This document shows, piece by piece, positions 41,313-51,279 of a stretch of DNA of 64,000 nt. Within the stretch, counting starts at the first letter, position 1, and every line of letters starts with the position of its first letter. Source of the DNA: Alphaproteobacteria bacterium (lineage in GTDB: Bacteria; Pseudomonadota; Alphaproteobacteria; MPNO01); contig CBDFLJ010000002.1 in NCBI GenBank assembly GCA_965248835.1, positions 2,208,001 through 2,272,000 on the forward strand, written 5' to 3'. The notes under the pieces are model-generated. The model ran no database searches and was not told the origin of the DNA. It saw only the letters and a list, made by a program, of their open reading frames with translations. Position numbers and translations under genes: made by a program.

Positions 41313-42437
41313 ATGGCCGAGCCCCGAACCGAGACGATCACCGACTGCGACGTCGACCTCTACGCCGATTTCGACAACCGCTTCAAGTCCGACGGGGCCC
41401 GGTTCGGCGTGGAGCGCCGGGCGGTCGAGCGCCTGCCGATCATCGACGTCTCACCCTTCGTCCGCGGCGGCAGCCCGGACGAGCAGCGCCGGGTGGGACG
41501 CGAGATCCGCGACGCGTGCATCGACATCGGCTTCTTCTACATTTCCGGACACGGCATCGAGCCGGCGGACCTCGACGAGCTCACCGCTTGGGCGCACCGG
41601 TTCTTCGAGCTCCCGATCGAGGAGAAATCGAAGCTCCACAAGAGCTTCAGTCCGCGCAAGCTCGGCTACATGCAAATCGGCGGTACCAACCCGGAGGCCA
41701 ACGCGGACCGGGCGCCCGACCTCAAGGAGAACTTCAACATGTGCCGGGAGCTGTTCCCGGATGAGCCGGACACAGGGAGCTTCTTTACCGGCGACTCGCA
41801 GTGGCCGGCGCCGGACGTTCTGCCGGGCTTCGAGGCGTTCATGAAGCCGCAGATCGCCAAGCGCGCGCGCCTGGCCCAGGGTCTCGCGCGGGCGTTCGCG
41901 CTCAGCCTCGACCTGGAGGAGACGTTTTTCGACGCCTCACACCTCTGCCACGGCGGCATCCTGCTGCTCAATTACTATCCCACGCTGGATCCCGGCGCGA
42001 TCGACCGCACCCAGTGGAGCAACTCTCCGCATAGCGACTACGGCTCGTTCACACTGCTGTCGCAGGACGACGTCGGTGGACTCCAGGTGCGCAACGCCGA
42101 CGGCGTCTGGATCGACGTGCCGCCGGTTCCGGGAACCTTCGTCGTCAACATCGCTGAATTGTTTGCGGTGTGGACCAACGACCTCTACGCGCCAAGCCTC
42201 CACCGAGCGGCCAACGTGAGCGCCCGCGCCCGCGTCTCAGCCGCCTATTTCGTGATCGCCAAGAGCGACACGATGGTCGAATGCGTCGACAGCTGTCATG
42301 GGCCTGACAATCCACCCCGTTATGCCCCGGTGCTGGCGGGCGAGCACGTCCGCACCCTGGTGGAGCAATCGATGCGCACCGGCCGCCCCGGCGTCTCGAC
42401 CCGCACTGCGGAGCGCTTCCGCCGGGTCAGCGATTAG
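41313..42437 (+). CDS. 2OG-Fe(II) oxygenase, isopenicillin N synthase family
   Basis: LPIIDV, GFFYISGHGI, PHSDYG, GGLQV, LHR, RVS. Confidence 0.92.
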   Translation: MAEPRTETITDCDVDLYADFDNRFKSDGARFGVERRAVERLPIIDVSPFVRGGSPDEQRRVGREIRDACIDIGFFYISGHGIEPADLDELTAWAHRFFELPIEEKSKLHKSFSPRKLGYMQIGGTNPEANADRAPDLKENFNMCRELFPDEPDTGSFFTGDSQWPAPDVLPGFEAFMKPQIAKRARLAQGLARAFALSLDLEETFFDASHLCHGGILLLNYYPTLDPGAIDRTQWSNSPHSDYGSFTLLSQDDVGGLQVRNADGVWIDVPPVPGTFVVNIAELFAVWTNDLYAPSLHRAANVSARARVSAAYFVIAKSDTMVECVDSCHGPDNPPRYAPVLAGEHVRTLVEQSMRTGRPGVSTRTAERFRRVSD

Positions 42438-42459
42438 AGGTCGATACAGGCGCACGCGC

Positions 42460-43482
42460 CTAAACGAGCGCAGGCATGACCTCTTTTGCGAACAGCTCGA
42501 GTGTACGCATCTCCTGCTCGTGGGTCTGCTTGCCGAAAGCGAGCTGAAGCAGCAGGTAGTCGATGCCGGTCTCGGCGATGTGCTCGCCGAGCGCATCGCG
42601 CACCACGGCAGTCGTGCCGGCGATTATGGCGCCCATCCGCCGCGCTTGGTCATAGCCGGGCGGCACGAAGATCGTCCGGTGGCCGAACCGCTCGCTCAGG
42701 TGCTCAAGGCTCGCGTACCAGCGGTCGCGGGCCTCCTCCGCGATCCGGTGCGCCTCCTCGTCGGTCTCGGCGATGACGACTTGGCGGACCGAGCCGATGA
42801 TCGGCCGATCCGGCGCATGGGCGCGGAGCGGATCGTCGCGGTGCCGCTCCCAGGCCTCGAGGTAGAGCTCCTTGGCCTGCTTGATGTGCGCGCTCGGCGC
42901 CCAGCCGGTGACCAGGTGCATGCCGTGCCTTGCGATGTACTCGCGGGCCGCGCCCGAGGTCGATGGGTACCACAGCGGCGGATGGAGCTGTTGGAGCGGC
43001 CGGATCTCCATCGGCACGTCGTGGTACCGGTAGCGCCGGCCGCGATGGGTCACCGTGTCCGAGGTGAAGGCCTGCAGCATGACCTCGAGGGTCTCCTGGA
43101 AAAGGTCACGGGTCTCCGGCATGGGGATGCCGAACATCTGCAGTTCCCACGGCGATATGCCGCGCCCGATGCCGAGGTCGAAGCGGCCATCGGACAGATG
43201 GTCGAGCATGCAGATCTCCTCGCTCAGCATGAGCGGGTCGTGGAATGCGAGCGCATAGCCCATCGGACCGAGGCGGATGCGCCTGGTATGCTGGGCGACC
43301 GCCGCCAGGAATATGCCGGGCGCGGGGGCCAGCCCGACCGGGTTCCAATGATGCTCGGCGATGTGATAGCCGGCGTAACCGAGCTCGTCCGCCGTGGCGA
43401 CGAGTCTCAGCCGGTCCTTGTAGAACTCGGACAGCGGCCCGTCTCGCCTGTCCAGGTGGTCGAAAATCCCGAATTTCATCAC
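42460..43482 (-). CDS. Luciferase-like (LLM class) oxidoreductase
   Basis: MKFGIF, AEHH, LDHLSDGRFDLGIGRG, ELFAKEVMP. Confidence 0.9.
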   Translation of the reverse strand: MMKFGIFDHLDRRDGPLSEFYKDRLRLVATADELGYAGYHIAEHHWNPVGLAPAPGIFLAAVAQHTRRIRLGPMGYALAFHDPLMLSEEICMLDHLSDGRFDLGIGRGISPWELQMFGIPMPETRDLFQETLEVMLQAFTSDTVTHRGRRYRYHDVPMEIRPLQQLHPPLWYPSTSGAAREYIARHGMHLVTGWAPSAHIKQAKELYLEAWERHRDDPLRAHAPDRPIIGSVRQVVIAETDEEAHRIAEEARDRWYASLEHLSERFGHRTIFVPPGYDQARRMGAIIAGTTAVVRDALGEHIAETGIDYLLLQLAFGKQTHEQEMRTLELFAKEVMPALV

Positions 43483-43599
43483 CCTGTCTTCCCAATACAG
43501 ACGTCACCGGATCTTGTTCCGCGCTCACGGTAGCGGCGATCCCAACATCGCGGTAGCCACGGGGAGCGCGCGTCATCGCGTCCGACGAACAGCGGATCG

Positions 43600-43720
43600 C
43601 TCGGTCCGCGACCGCTTGTGTCTCCGCCTCGCCACCGGCTCCCGGCTCGTTGATGCTTTGCAGGTGGGGGATCACCCTGGTCGCATACAAGCGAAGATTC
43701 TTGACTGTCAGCGCGCGTTC
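43600..43720 (-). pseudogene. Possible C-terminal remnant of another LLM gene
   Basis: LTVKNLRLYATRVIPHL resembles the terminal helix of LLM enzymes. Confidence 0.4.
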
Positions 43721-43939
43721 ACCGTGCCTTGTATTGTGCATATAGTGAATCGTCCGGGCCAATGTGCAAACGAGTTACCGCCTCGCGACACCACGCCCTG
43801 GGACGCTAACGAGCGGAATTTGGCATCGCCGCTCCAAACCGACGCGGCTGACCCATGGGCGACATTCGGAGTCCTTGGAATTGCTCCCGACCTCCGCATA
43901 AGATCTGGGCGATAGCGCGAATCCGGGAGGAAGCGAACG

Positions 43940-45064
43940 ATGGCCGAACAGACGCCGAAAGGAAAACCGCCGTATCGCGCAGAGCACGTCGGAAGCCTGC
44001 CCAGACCGGAGCGTCTGATCAACGCGCGTGAGGCGCACGCCGGCGGCGCCATGTCGCTCGCCGATCTGCGCGCGATCGAGGACGACTGCATTCGCGAGGC
44101 GGTTGCCTTGCAGGAGCGCGTCGGAATAGGCGCCATCACCGACGGCGAGTTCCGCCGCGTCTCGTGGCGCGACGCCCCTTTCGAGCATTTCGACGGCTTC
44201 ACGCAGGATCGCTACGAAGCCGACTTCACCTTCACCCTGTTCGACGGCTCGACCCGAAAGGCCAGTCCGGTGCCCGCAACCGTTGCGCCGGTGCGCCGGC
44301 GAACCGCGATGGCGGCCGAGCATTTCGCGCTGTTGAAGCCGATGACCAAGGGATTACCCAAGGCGAACCTGCCGACGCCATCGGTCACCCATTTCTTCCG
44401 CGGGGACAGGGGGATCGACCGCGCGGCATATCCCGATATGGACGCTTTCCTCGGCGACGTCACGCGCGCCTATCGCGAGGAGGTTGCCGCGCTTGGCTCA
44501 CAAGGCTGCCGATATCTGCAGATGGACGAGGTGCCGCTTGCCTTGCTGTGCGACCCGAGCAACCAGGAGATTGTGCGTCGGCGGGGCGAGGATCCGGCGC
44601 GGCTCATCGACGCCTACATCGACGCGATCAACGACTCGATTGCGGATCATCCCGCGGATATGGCGGTCTGCGTCCATCTGTGCCGTGGCAACATAGGCCA
44701 CGGTATGGCGGATGGCGGCTATGAGGCTATCGCGGAGCGGATGTTCAACCGGCTCGATGTTGACGGCTTTTTCCTGGAGTACGATACCCCGCGGGCCGGA
44801 GATTTTACGCCATTGCAGCACTTGCCCGCTCCCAAGAAGGCGGTGCTGGGCCTTGTGTCCACCAAGGTGGCGACGCTGGAGAGTGCGGACGAGCTGAAGG
44901 CGCGAATCGACGAGGCGTGCCGGATGATCGATGTCGACCGGCTGGGGCTGAGCCCTCAATGCGGATTTTCGAGCAATGTCGGGTCCGGACGGTTTTCGAC
45001 GGGCGAGGTCGAGCGCAAGCTCGCGCGCATCGTCGAGGTGGCGGACCAGGTGTGGGCCTCCTGA
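43940..45064 (+). CDS. Cobalamin-independent methionine synthase II family (single-domain MetE-like)
   Basis: HVGSLPRP, TDGEFRR, VHLCRGN, FLEYD, LSPQCGF. Confidence 0.9.
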   Translation: MAEQTPKGKPPYRAEHVGSLPRPERLINAREAHAGGAMSLADLRAIEDDCIREAVALQERVGIGAITDGEFRRVSWRDAPFEHFDGFTQDRYEADFTFTLFDGSTRKASPVPATVAPVRRRTAMAAEHFALLKPMTKGLPKANLPTPSVTHFFRGDRGIDRAAYPDMDAFLGDVTRAYREEVAALGSQGCRYLQMDEVPLALLCDPSNQEIVRRRGEDPARLIDAYIDAINDSIADHPADMAVCVHLCRGNIGHGMADGGYEAIAERMFNRLDVDGFFLEYDTPRAGDFTPLQHLPAPKKAVLGLVSTKVATLESADELKARIDEACRMIDVDRLGLSPQCGFSSNVGSGRFSTGEVERKLARIVEVADQVWAS

Positions 45065-45149
45065 CGGCTCTGCGTTGGAAATTGGCGCCAAGCGCCCTCG
45101 ACGAGCGTCGAAAGCCATGTCCGTGAGGCGACCGGGGTGTCGTATCGTT

Positions 45150-45715
45150 TGACGGTAGCGGCAGCCGAGCTCGCCGGCGCGCTCGGCGAGGCGGACGGCG
45201 GCGCCTTGGCCCTCCGGATCGTTGTCGGCGGCGATAACGAGATGGGTCAGGTCCGGAGGCGGCGCGAACACGCGAAGGTGCCCCGCGGAGAGCGCGGCGG
45301 CGGCGTGGATGTCCGGCAGGGCCGTGACGACCGAGAGCACGGTCTCGATCCCCTCGCCGACGAGAAGCGAAGCGCCGTCGTGGGCCGGAGAGGCGCCGAA
45401 GCGGTCGGCGAGGCCGTGGATGCGCCCGAGGGTCTTGCGCGGCCTCGTGACCGGGGCCTTGGCGGGCCGCGCCGGGTCGAGCCAGGTGCGGTGGACGCCG
45501 GTGATGTCGCCGTCGACGTTGGTGACGGCGGCGACGAGCGCGGGATAGCGCCGGAACCCCTCGTCGCTGCGATAGGCGAGTCTTGGGTGGAACCCCAGGG
45601 CCTCGAAGCGGCAGGAGCGAAGCGAGGCTCCACCGAGGTGGTGGCGGATGAGGTCGAGGAGATCGCCGTGCTCGCCGGTTGCGCCGTCGCACCACTTGCC
45701 GACAGCGCCCGGAGG
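45150..45715 (-). pseudogene. Plasmid/ICE-type Toprim primase-like gene, decayed
   Basis: RYPALVAAVT..GDITGVHRTWLDP..KAPV..PRKTLG and LSAGHL..LVIAADNDPEGQGAA in shifting frames. Confidence 0.75.
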
Positions 45716-45959
45716 CCGATTGCTGCGAGCACATCGTCGACGGAGACGAACTCGTGGAAGGGATCATCATCGTCGCCGGTGACGGTAAAGACGGTGATGG
45801 GGGTATCGAACATCGAGGGGTCCTCCGTGAAAGGGATGGTCGACGCCGCCGGGGTGGAGGACCTTCCTATCGACCCTCCGGGTGTCGCCCTCTCAAAGCT
45901 CTCCTTCACTCTCTGCGGGGACGGTCGGGACAGGCTCGACGCCGGCGAGTGGCGTCGCA

Positions 45960-46110
45960 TCAGGCCCCGCTCGACAAACGAGGTGACGTCGCCGTTGCCG
46001 GTGAGGAGATGATCGAACACCCGCACATCGAAGAGAGCGAGCGCATCGATGAGGCGCCCAGTGATCACGCGGCCGGCGTTGCTGGGCTCCGAATGGCTGG
46101 CCGTCGGCCT
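45960..46110 (-). pseudogene. radC: RadC/JAB domain C-terminal fragment
   Basis: EPSNAGRVITGRLIDALALFDVRVFDHLLTGNGDVTSFVERGL. Confidence 0.8.
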
Positions 46111-46133
46111 GCAGCGTCGTGAGGGAGCTCCGT

Positions 46134-46400
46134 TCACTGCAGGACGCCGTTGCCGGAGCCGTGCCGGGGCGGACCGGCGGACATCGTCCGGCCGGCGATC
46201 TTCATCCAGGCCTCGCGATCCTGGCCGAGCCGCGCATTGAGCCGGTCGCAGCGCCTTTCCGCATCGTCGAGGGTCAGCGCGACGAGCGCCGTGGGCACGT
46301 AGCCCGGCACGTGGTCGATGACGATGCGGATCTGCTGCGGTCGATCCGCCGGTCGGTAGGCCGGGCAGAACGCGTAGTTCGGGTCGTCGGGCAGCGAAGA
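46134..46400 (-). CDS. Hypothetical protein (possibly partial), mobile-element associated
   Basis: Protein-like stretch YAFCPAYR..GYVPTALVALTLDDAERRCDRLNARLG next to radC and Toprim remnants. Confidence 0.4.
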   Translation of the reverse strand, partial: SSLPDDPNYAFCPAYRPADRPQQIRIVIDHVPGYVPTALVALTLDDAERRCDRLNARLGQDREAWMKIAGRTMSAGPPRHGSGNGVLQ

Positions 46401-46682
46401 CGAGCTCCGCCGGATCGGCGAACGGGCCGGGCGGCTGGGCGAGGGGAGCGGACGACAAACGCGATTCACGCGCACCGGCCGATACCATTCGACTATGGCG
46501 TGGGTTTCCGGGAATATGAATCAGCCGTCGGCGTGGCGGTCGACGAACGCCACTGAAGAGAGAAAACCCGATGCAGGTCTTCACGTTCCAGCTTACGATC
46601 CAGCAACTGGGCGACAGAGGATACTCAGGCTTCGAGCGCCAGCCGGTCGCGGCGCAGTAACTGCGGTAGGAGCGATCAGGAC

Positions 46683-47399
46683 ATGGCAACCTTCGTCGTA
46701 GCCCATGGTGCCTGGTCGGCCGGCTGGGTGTGGCGGAAGATGCACCCGCTGATGCGTGCGGCGGGGCATGAGTTGTGGACGCCGACCATGACCGGGATCG
46801 GCGAGCGCGGCCACTTGGCGGCAAAGACGGTCGATCTCGAAACCCATATCGCCGACATGCTGGCCGTGCTCGAATTCGAGGATCTGCGCGACGTCGTCTT
46901 GGTCGGCCATAGCTATGGCGGTATCGTCGCCACCGCGGTCGCGGACCGTGCGCGCGACCGCGTCGCCCGGCTGGTCTATCTCGATGCATTCGTGCCCGAG
47001 GACGGCCAAAGCCTCCTCGATCTGGCGCCGCAGGCAACGCGCGAGGCCATGCGGGCGGCGGCGCGGGACGATGGCGATGGCTGGCTGGTGCCGCCCAACC
47101 CGATCCCGTCCGATACCACGGACGCCGATGCCGAATGGATCCGGCACCGCCGAATGCCGCATCCGCTCGCGACCTTTGAGGCGCCTTTGCGGATGACCGG
47201 CGGCGCGATCACCCAGCCGCGCAGCTACATCTACTGCACGAGCGTCGTCCCCGGCGATCCGTTCCACCCGTTCGCCGAGCACGCGCGCACATCACCGGGC
47301 TGGACCTGCCATGACCTCGATGCCAGCCACAGCCCCCACGTCACCGCCCCGGAACGCTTGCGCGATCTGCTAATCCAAACGCTTGAAGATCGCGGCTGA
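46683..47399 (+). CDS. Alpha/beta fold hydrolase (esterase)
   Basis: FVVAHGAW, VGHSYGG, LVYLDA, SHSP; AGGA RBS. Confidence 0.92.
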   Translation: MATFVVAHGAWSAGWVWRKMHPLMRAAGHELWTPTMTGIGERGHLAAKTVDLETHIADMLAVLEFEDLRDVVLVGHSYGGIVATAVADRARDRVARLVYLDAFVPEDGQSLLDLAPQATREAMRAAARDDGDGWLVPPNPIPSDTTDADAEWIRHRRMPHPLATFEAPLRMTGGAITQPRSYIYCTSVVPGDPFHPFAEHARTSPGWTCHDLDASHSPHVTAPERLRDLLIQTLEDRG

Positions 47400-47752
47400 G
47401 GACATTGGCCAGACCTTATTTTCTCTCAACTTCGCGAGCAGTATCGGCTCCCAGCCACAATTTTTGTTGCCCTGATGCGCCATGCGCCGTTGCGCATGCC
47501 CGCTACAGCGTATCCGGTTTAGTTAGAACCGTATCGTCCGACGGATTGAGGACGTCGAAATCGGGGTCAGATCCTCGCTGCGAAGTCGGCCGGTTTGTAG
47601 GCGGCAGCGTGGCTGTGAGTCGGCGCATCGGCTCGGCGTCGGTCGGCACGATAAGTGATTGATTGTGTGTAAGCATAGGGGTCAACATTGCGCGCCGACC
47701 CACAGGCCTATCCGGGGCCAGCCGGGTCCGCCTGACCTCACGAGGGCCGTAG

Positions 47753-48853
47753 ATGGGCGAGATCATGCGAGCGGCGCGGCTGCATGAGGCCGACACGCCG
47801 TTTCGGATTGACGAAATTCCTATCCCTGAACCGGGGCCGGGCGATGCGGTCGTCGCAGTGCGCGCCTGTGGGGTGGTGCCCAATATGCGGAACATCGTAC
47901 GCGGCGGGCATTGGCGAACCCTGCCGCCGCTGCCCGCGGTAATGGGCCTAGATGCTGCCGGTGTGATTGCGAAGTTGGGGCGCGGGGTCGAGGGGTTGGC
48001 CGAAGGAGATCGTGTCTATGTCAATCCGGCGCTATCCTGCGGCGTGTGTGACTATTGCCGTCGCGGCGCGTCGCCGCTTAACTGTGAACAGGCTGCATTG
48101 CAGGGATATTTTGGTTTCCGCCCAGCGGCCTCCGCGATGCTGTCGAGATACCGTTATGGTGGGTTCGCCGAATACACTCTGGCTCCGGCGCGAAACTTGG
48201 TGAAGCTTTCAGACGCCGTGAGTTTCGAGGTCGGCGCGCGATTTGGCTATCTCGGCACCGCCTATGCTGCACTGCAAACGGGGCATGTGAAAGCTGGCGG
48301 CACACTCGGCATTATCGGCGCGACTGGAACGCTTGGCGTCAATGCGACAGTGTTTGCGCTCGCCATGGGGGTCGCCCGCATCGTCCCGATCGCCCGCAAC
48401 GCGGAACGCCTGGCCCGGCTGAAGGCGTTGGCGCCTGGGCGCATCGAACCCATTGTCATCGACGGCGCCAATATCGCCGATCGCTTGTTAGAAGCAACCA
48501 GCGGGATGGGTCCCGAACTCGTGCTCGACTGCCTCGGCGCTGGCGCCAGCTCGGAAACCACTTCCCAGGCGATCGAAGGCATGATGCGGGGCGGTACACT
48601 GGTCAATATCGGCGCGCTCAACCAACCCCTTGAACTCACCCCGATGCGGTTCATGGCGACCGCGCTAACCTATTGCGGCTCGAACTGGTTCACCGTCAGT
48701 CAAGGCGAGGAAATGGCGGCGCTCGCCGGTGCTGGGCTGGTCGATCTCGATATTTTCGAGCATCGTACTTTCGCGCTGGAAGAGGTCAATGAGGCCCTGG
48801 CGGACGTCGGCAAGAACCCTGGCGGCTTTGTCAACATCGTTGTCCGTCCTTAA
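47753..48853 (+). CDS. Medium-chain dehydrogenase/reductase (alcohol dehydrogenase-like)
   Basis: GDRV, CGVCDYC..C structural zinc, GGFAEY, GATGTLG. Confidence 0.88.
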   Translation: MGEIMRAARLHEADTPFRIDEIPIPEPGPGDAVVAVRACGVVPNMRNIVRGGHWRTLPPLPAVMGLDAAGVIAKLGRGVEGLAEGDRVYVNPALSCGVCDYCRRGASPLNCEQAALQGYFGFRPAASAMLSRYRYGGFAEYTLAPARNLVKLSDAVSFEVGARFGYLGTAYAALQTGHVKAGGTLGIIGATGTLGVNATVFALAMGVARIVPIARNAERLARLKALAPGRIEPIVIDGANIADRLLEATSGMGPELVLDCLGAGASSETTSQAIEGMMRGGTLVNIGALNQPLELTPMRFMATALTYCGSNWFTVSQGEEMAALAGAGLVDLDIFEHRTFALEEVNEALADVGKNPGGFVNIVVRP

Positions 48854-48873
48854 ATGGATAGCACTGCCCTCAC

Positions 48874-49000
48874 TGATCCACCTCCATTGAATTGGTCCAT
48901 CCTTAGGTTTTGGAATGAGGGGGACCAAGAATGGCAAGGAAGCGCTACAAGCCGGACGAGATCGTCGGAAAGCCGCAGTAGGCGGAGGTTCTGCACGACC
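48874..49000 (+). mobile_element. IS3-family left end and orfA start remnant
   Basis: TG start; MARKRYKPDEIVGKPQ*AEVLH from 48931. Confidence 0.7.
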
Positions 49001-49067
49001 AAAACCTCGTATTGGGACATGAGGGTCTCCTCCCTTATTTCATCCGCACAGCTCGATCGGCCAGAAA

Positions 49068-49295
49068 GGCATTGTCAGACTAACAGGACAGGACTTGTAG
49101 AACCTGCAATCGAGCGCCTTCAGGCTGCTCGTTGACGCCACTCCGCCAGGGCGGCGGCTCGGTCTTGTTTGAAAATGTCGCGGCGGTTGAGATAGCGCTT
49201 GTGGTTGAAGTGGTTGTGGATCGAGGCGTGGACGGCGGCGGATTTTTGCACGGTCTCTACGTCCCTGAATTTGACCATCGTCCGTTCTCATCGTC
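49068..49295 (-). mobile_element. IS6-family right-end remnant
   Basis: GGCATTGTCAGACTAACAGG, near-identical to 16211 and 26269 copies. Confidence 0.87.
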
Positions 49296-49460
49296 GGAAC
49301 GCGCGATGTCGTGACCGGCAAATGGGGAATCGATGCGACCCGGCCACCGCTGAGCCGGCCCGAGGCTCGTGCGGTGTTCGAACGCACGCTGGCACCGCAC
49401 AGCAACGAGGTCTGCCTGGAGGATTTCCTCGACGAACGCCTCAGCCGGACAGTTCTTTGA
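49296..49460 (+). pseudogene. UbiD-family decarboxylase C-terminal remnant
   Basis: VTGKWGIDATRPP..FER..VCLEDFL* contains the KxGIDAT motif. Confidence 0.65.
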
Positions 49461-49609
49461 GTGCCTGGTCGCCCGGCGCCTCTGCGGGGCGGGGTTCGAA
49501 CCCGCCGGATCGCGGCGAACGGTTTCGGTTCCTGCCATCCGGTCCCCGGTCGGAAAACCATGTCGAGCCCCGCGACACCGCGCGCCCGGTGCCCTAGGCT
49601 GGCCGGGCC

Positions 49610-51007
49610 ATGAGCGACAACGGAGCGCATGCCATGCCGAAGTTGCTGATCAAGGGGGGTAGCGTCGTCACGATGGATGCCGGGATCGGCGATCTGGAAC
49701 GCGGCGACGTGCTGATCGACGGTACCGAGATTGCCGCGGTCGGCGTCGACCTCGCAGTCGGCGACGAAGTCGAGGTGATCGACGCCGCCGACATGATCGT
49801 CATGCCGGGCCTGGTCAACGGCCATATCCACACCTGGCAGACCGGGCTGCGCAGCCTCGCCGGCAACTGGACGGGGACCAACTATTTCCGCGCCATGCAC
49901 GCCGGGCTGGCGACCTTCTTCCGGCCCGACGATATCCACATCGCCAATCTGGTCGGGGCGCTCAACCAGATCGATTGCGGCGTCACGACGATCGCCGACT
50001 GGCACCACAACAATCCGACGCCCGAGCATTCCGACGCGGCGATCGACGGCCTCGCCGACGCCGGCATCCGGGCGCTGTTCCTGCACGGATCGCCGAAGCC
50101 CGACCCCGGTCCCGGCGAGAAGCCGTACGGCGAGATACCGATGCCGCCCGGCGAGGTCGAACGGCTGCGCAAGGGCCGCTTCGCCACCGACGACGGGCTG
50201 CTGTCGCTGGGGCTCGCGGTGCTCGGCCCGCAAATGTCGGTGCACGACGTCGTGCTCGAGGATTTCCGCCTCGCCCGGGATTTCGACATCGTTGCCAGCC
50301 TGCACCATTCCGGCGCGGCGATGCCGGCGCCGCAGGGCTACGCGGCCGCGGCCGCGGCGGGGCTGATCGGCGACAAGATCAGCATCGTCCACGGCAACGA
50401 ACTGACCGACGCCGATTTCGAACTGCTGATCGAGCACGGCGCGACGTTCGTGGTGACCGCCGAGGTCGAAATGCAGATGGCCTACGGCCCGCCGCTGACC
50501 GGCCGGTTGCGCGCGCGCGGCGTGCCGGTGGCGATCGGCACCGACGTCGAATGCGCCTACGGCGCGGACATGTTCTCGGTCATGCGCACGACGCTGCAAC
50601 TGGAGCGCCACGCCCATTCGATGCGCAGCTTCGCCGCCACCGGCGACAAGCCGCATCCGATCCCCGTGGTGACCGCCGAGGCGCTGCGCTGGGCGACGCG
50701 CGACAGCGCGCGCATGGCGCATCTGGACGCGCGCATCGGTGCGCTGACACCGGGCAAACAGGCGGACATCGCCTGCCTGCGCAAGACCGACCTCAACCTC
50801 ATCGGCGCCGGCAATGCAACCAACGCCATCGTGCTGCACGCCAATCCGGGCAACGTCGATACGGTGCTGGTGGCCGGCACGGTGCGCAAGCGCGGTGGCC
50901 GGATCGTCTGCGCCGACCTCGATGCCAAAAAGGCGGCGCTGGTCACCTCGACCAGCCGGATTCTGGCCGACTTCAAGGCGACCGGCGCGACGGCGGAATA
51001 TCTGTAG
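49610..51007 (+). CDS. Amidohydrolase family protein (deaminase/AtzA-like)
   Basis: MPGLVNGHIH, LHH, VHGN, TAEVE, IGTD, LTPGKQADI, NVDTVLVAG. Confidence 0.9.
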   Translation: MSDNGAHAMPKLLIKGGSVVTMDAGIGDLERGDVLIDGTEIAAVGVDLAVGDEVEVIDAADMIVMPGLVNGHIHTWQTGLRSLAGNWTGTNYFRAMHAGLATFFRPDDIHIANLVGALNQIDCGVTTIADWHHNNPTPEHSDAAIDGLADAGIRALFLHGSPKPDPGPGEKPYGEIPMPPGEVERLRKGRFATDDGLLSLGLAVLGPQMSVHDVVLEDFRLARDFDIVASLHHSGAAMPAPQGYAAAAAAGLIGDKISIVHGNELTDADFELLIEHGATFVVTAEVEMQMAYGPPLTGRLRARGVPVAIGTDVECAYGADMFSVMRTTLQLERHAHSMRSFAATGDKPHPIPVVTAEALRWATRDSARMAHLDARIGALTPGKQADIACLRKTDLNLIGAGNATNAIVLHANPGNVDTVLVAGTVRKRGGRIVCADLDAKKAALVTSTSRILADFKATGATAEYL

Positions 51008-51279
51008 CGGCCGCGCCCGACCGGCGCTGCCGCCAGCCGACGCACCGGGCGATGCCCGGCAACACCGGCAACACCGGCTGTTCGCGAAGAAACCCGCCTC
51101 GACAACGAATTTCTACGCCATGACAACCCGTTACGCCATGCCCGCCAATCCAGATTCAGGCCCAGGATGAATAATCCGGGTCAGGCGCGGCTCGATCTCG
51201 GGAGTAAAAGATCGGTCGGGGTGGTCGGGCCCACCGCAAACCGTATAGTCCTCATAAAATCCGCACACCGGAGGAAACC

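Noticed and set aside
45247-47037. 596-aa minus-strand ORF
   Set aside because: Low-complexity GC-rich read-through antisense to the esterase; only the short RadC segment is meaningful
49465-49510. tRNA T-arm-like hairpin GCGGG-TTCGAAC-CCCGC on the minus strand with a nearby ACCA
   Set aside because: No D-arm, anticodon arm or correctly spaced acceptor stem could be built; not called as tRNA
49040-50839. 599-aa minus-strand ORF and similar long antisense ORFs throughout
   Set aside because: Shadow frames of real genes, expected at high GC
51056-51079. CCGGCAACA short tandem repeat
   Set aside because: About 2.5 copies, no spacers, no evident function
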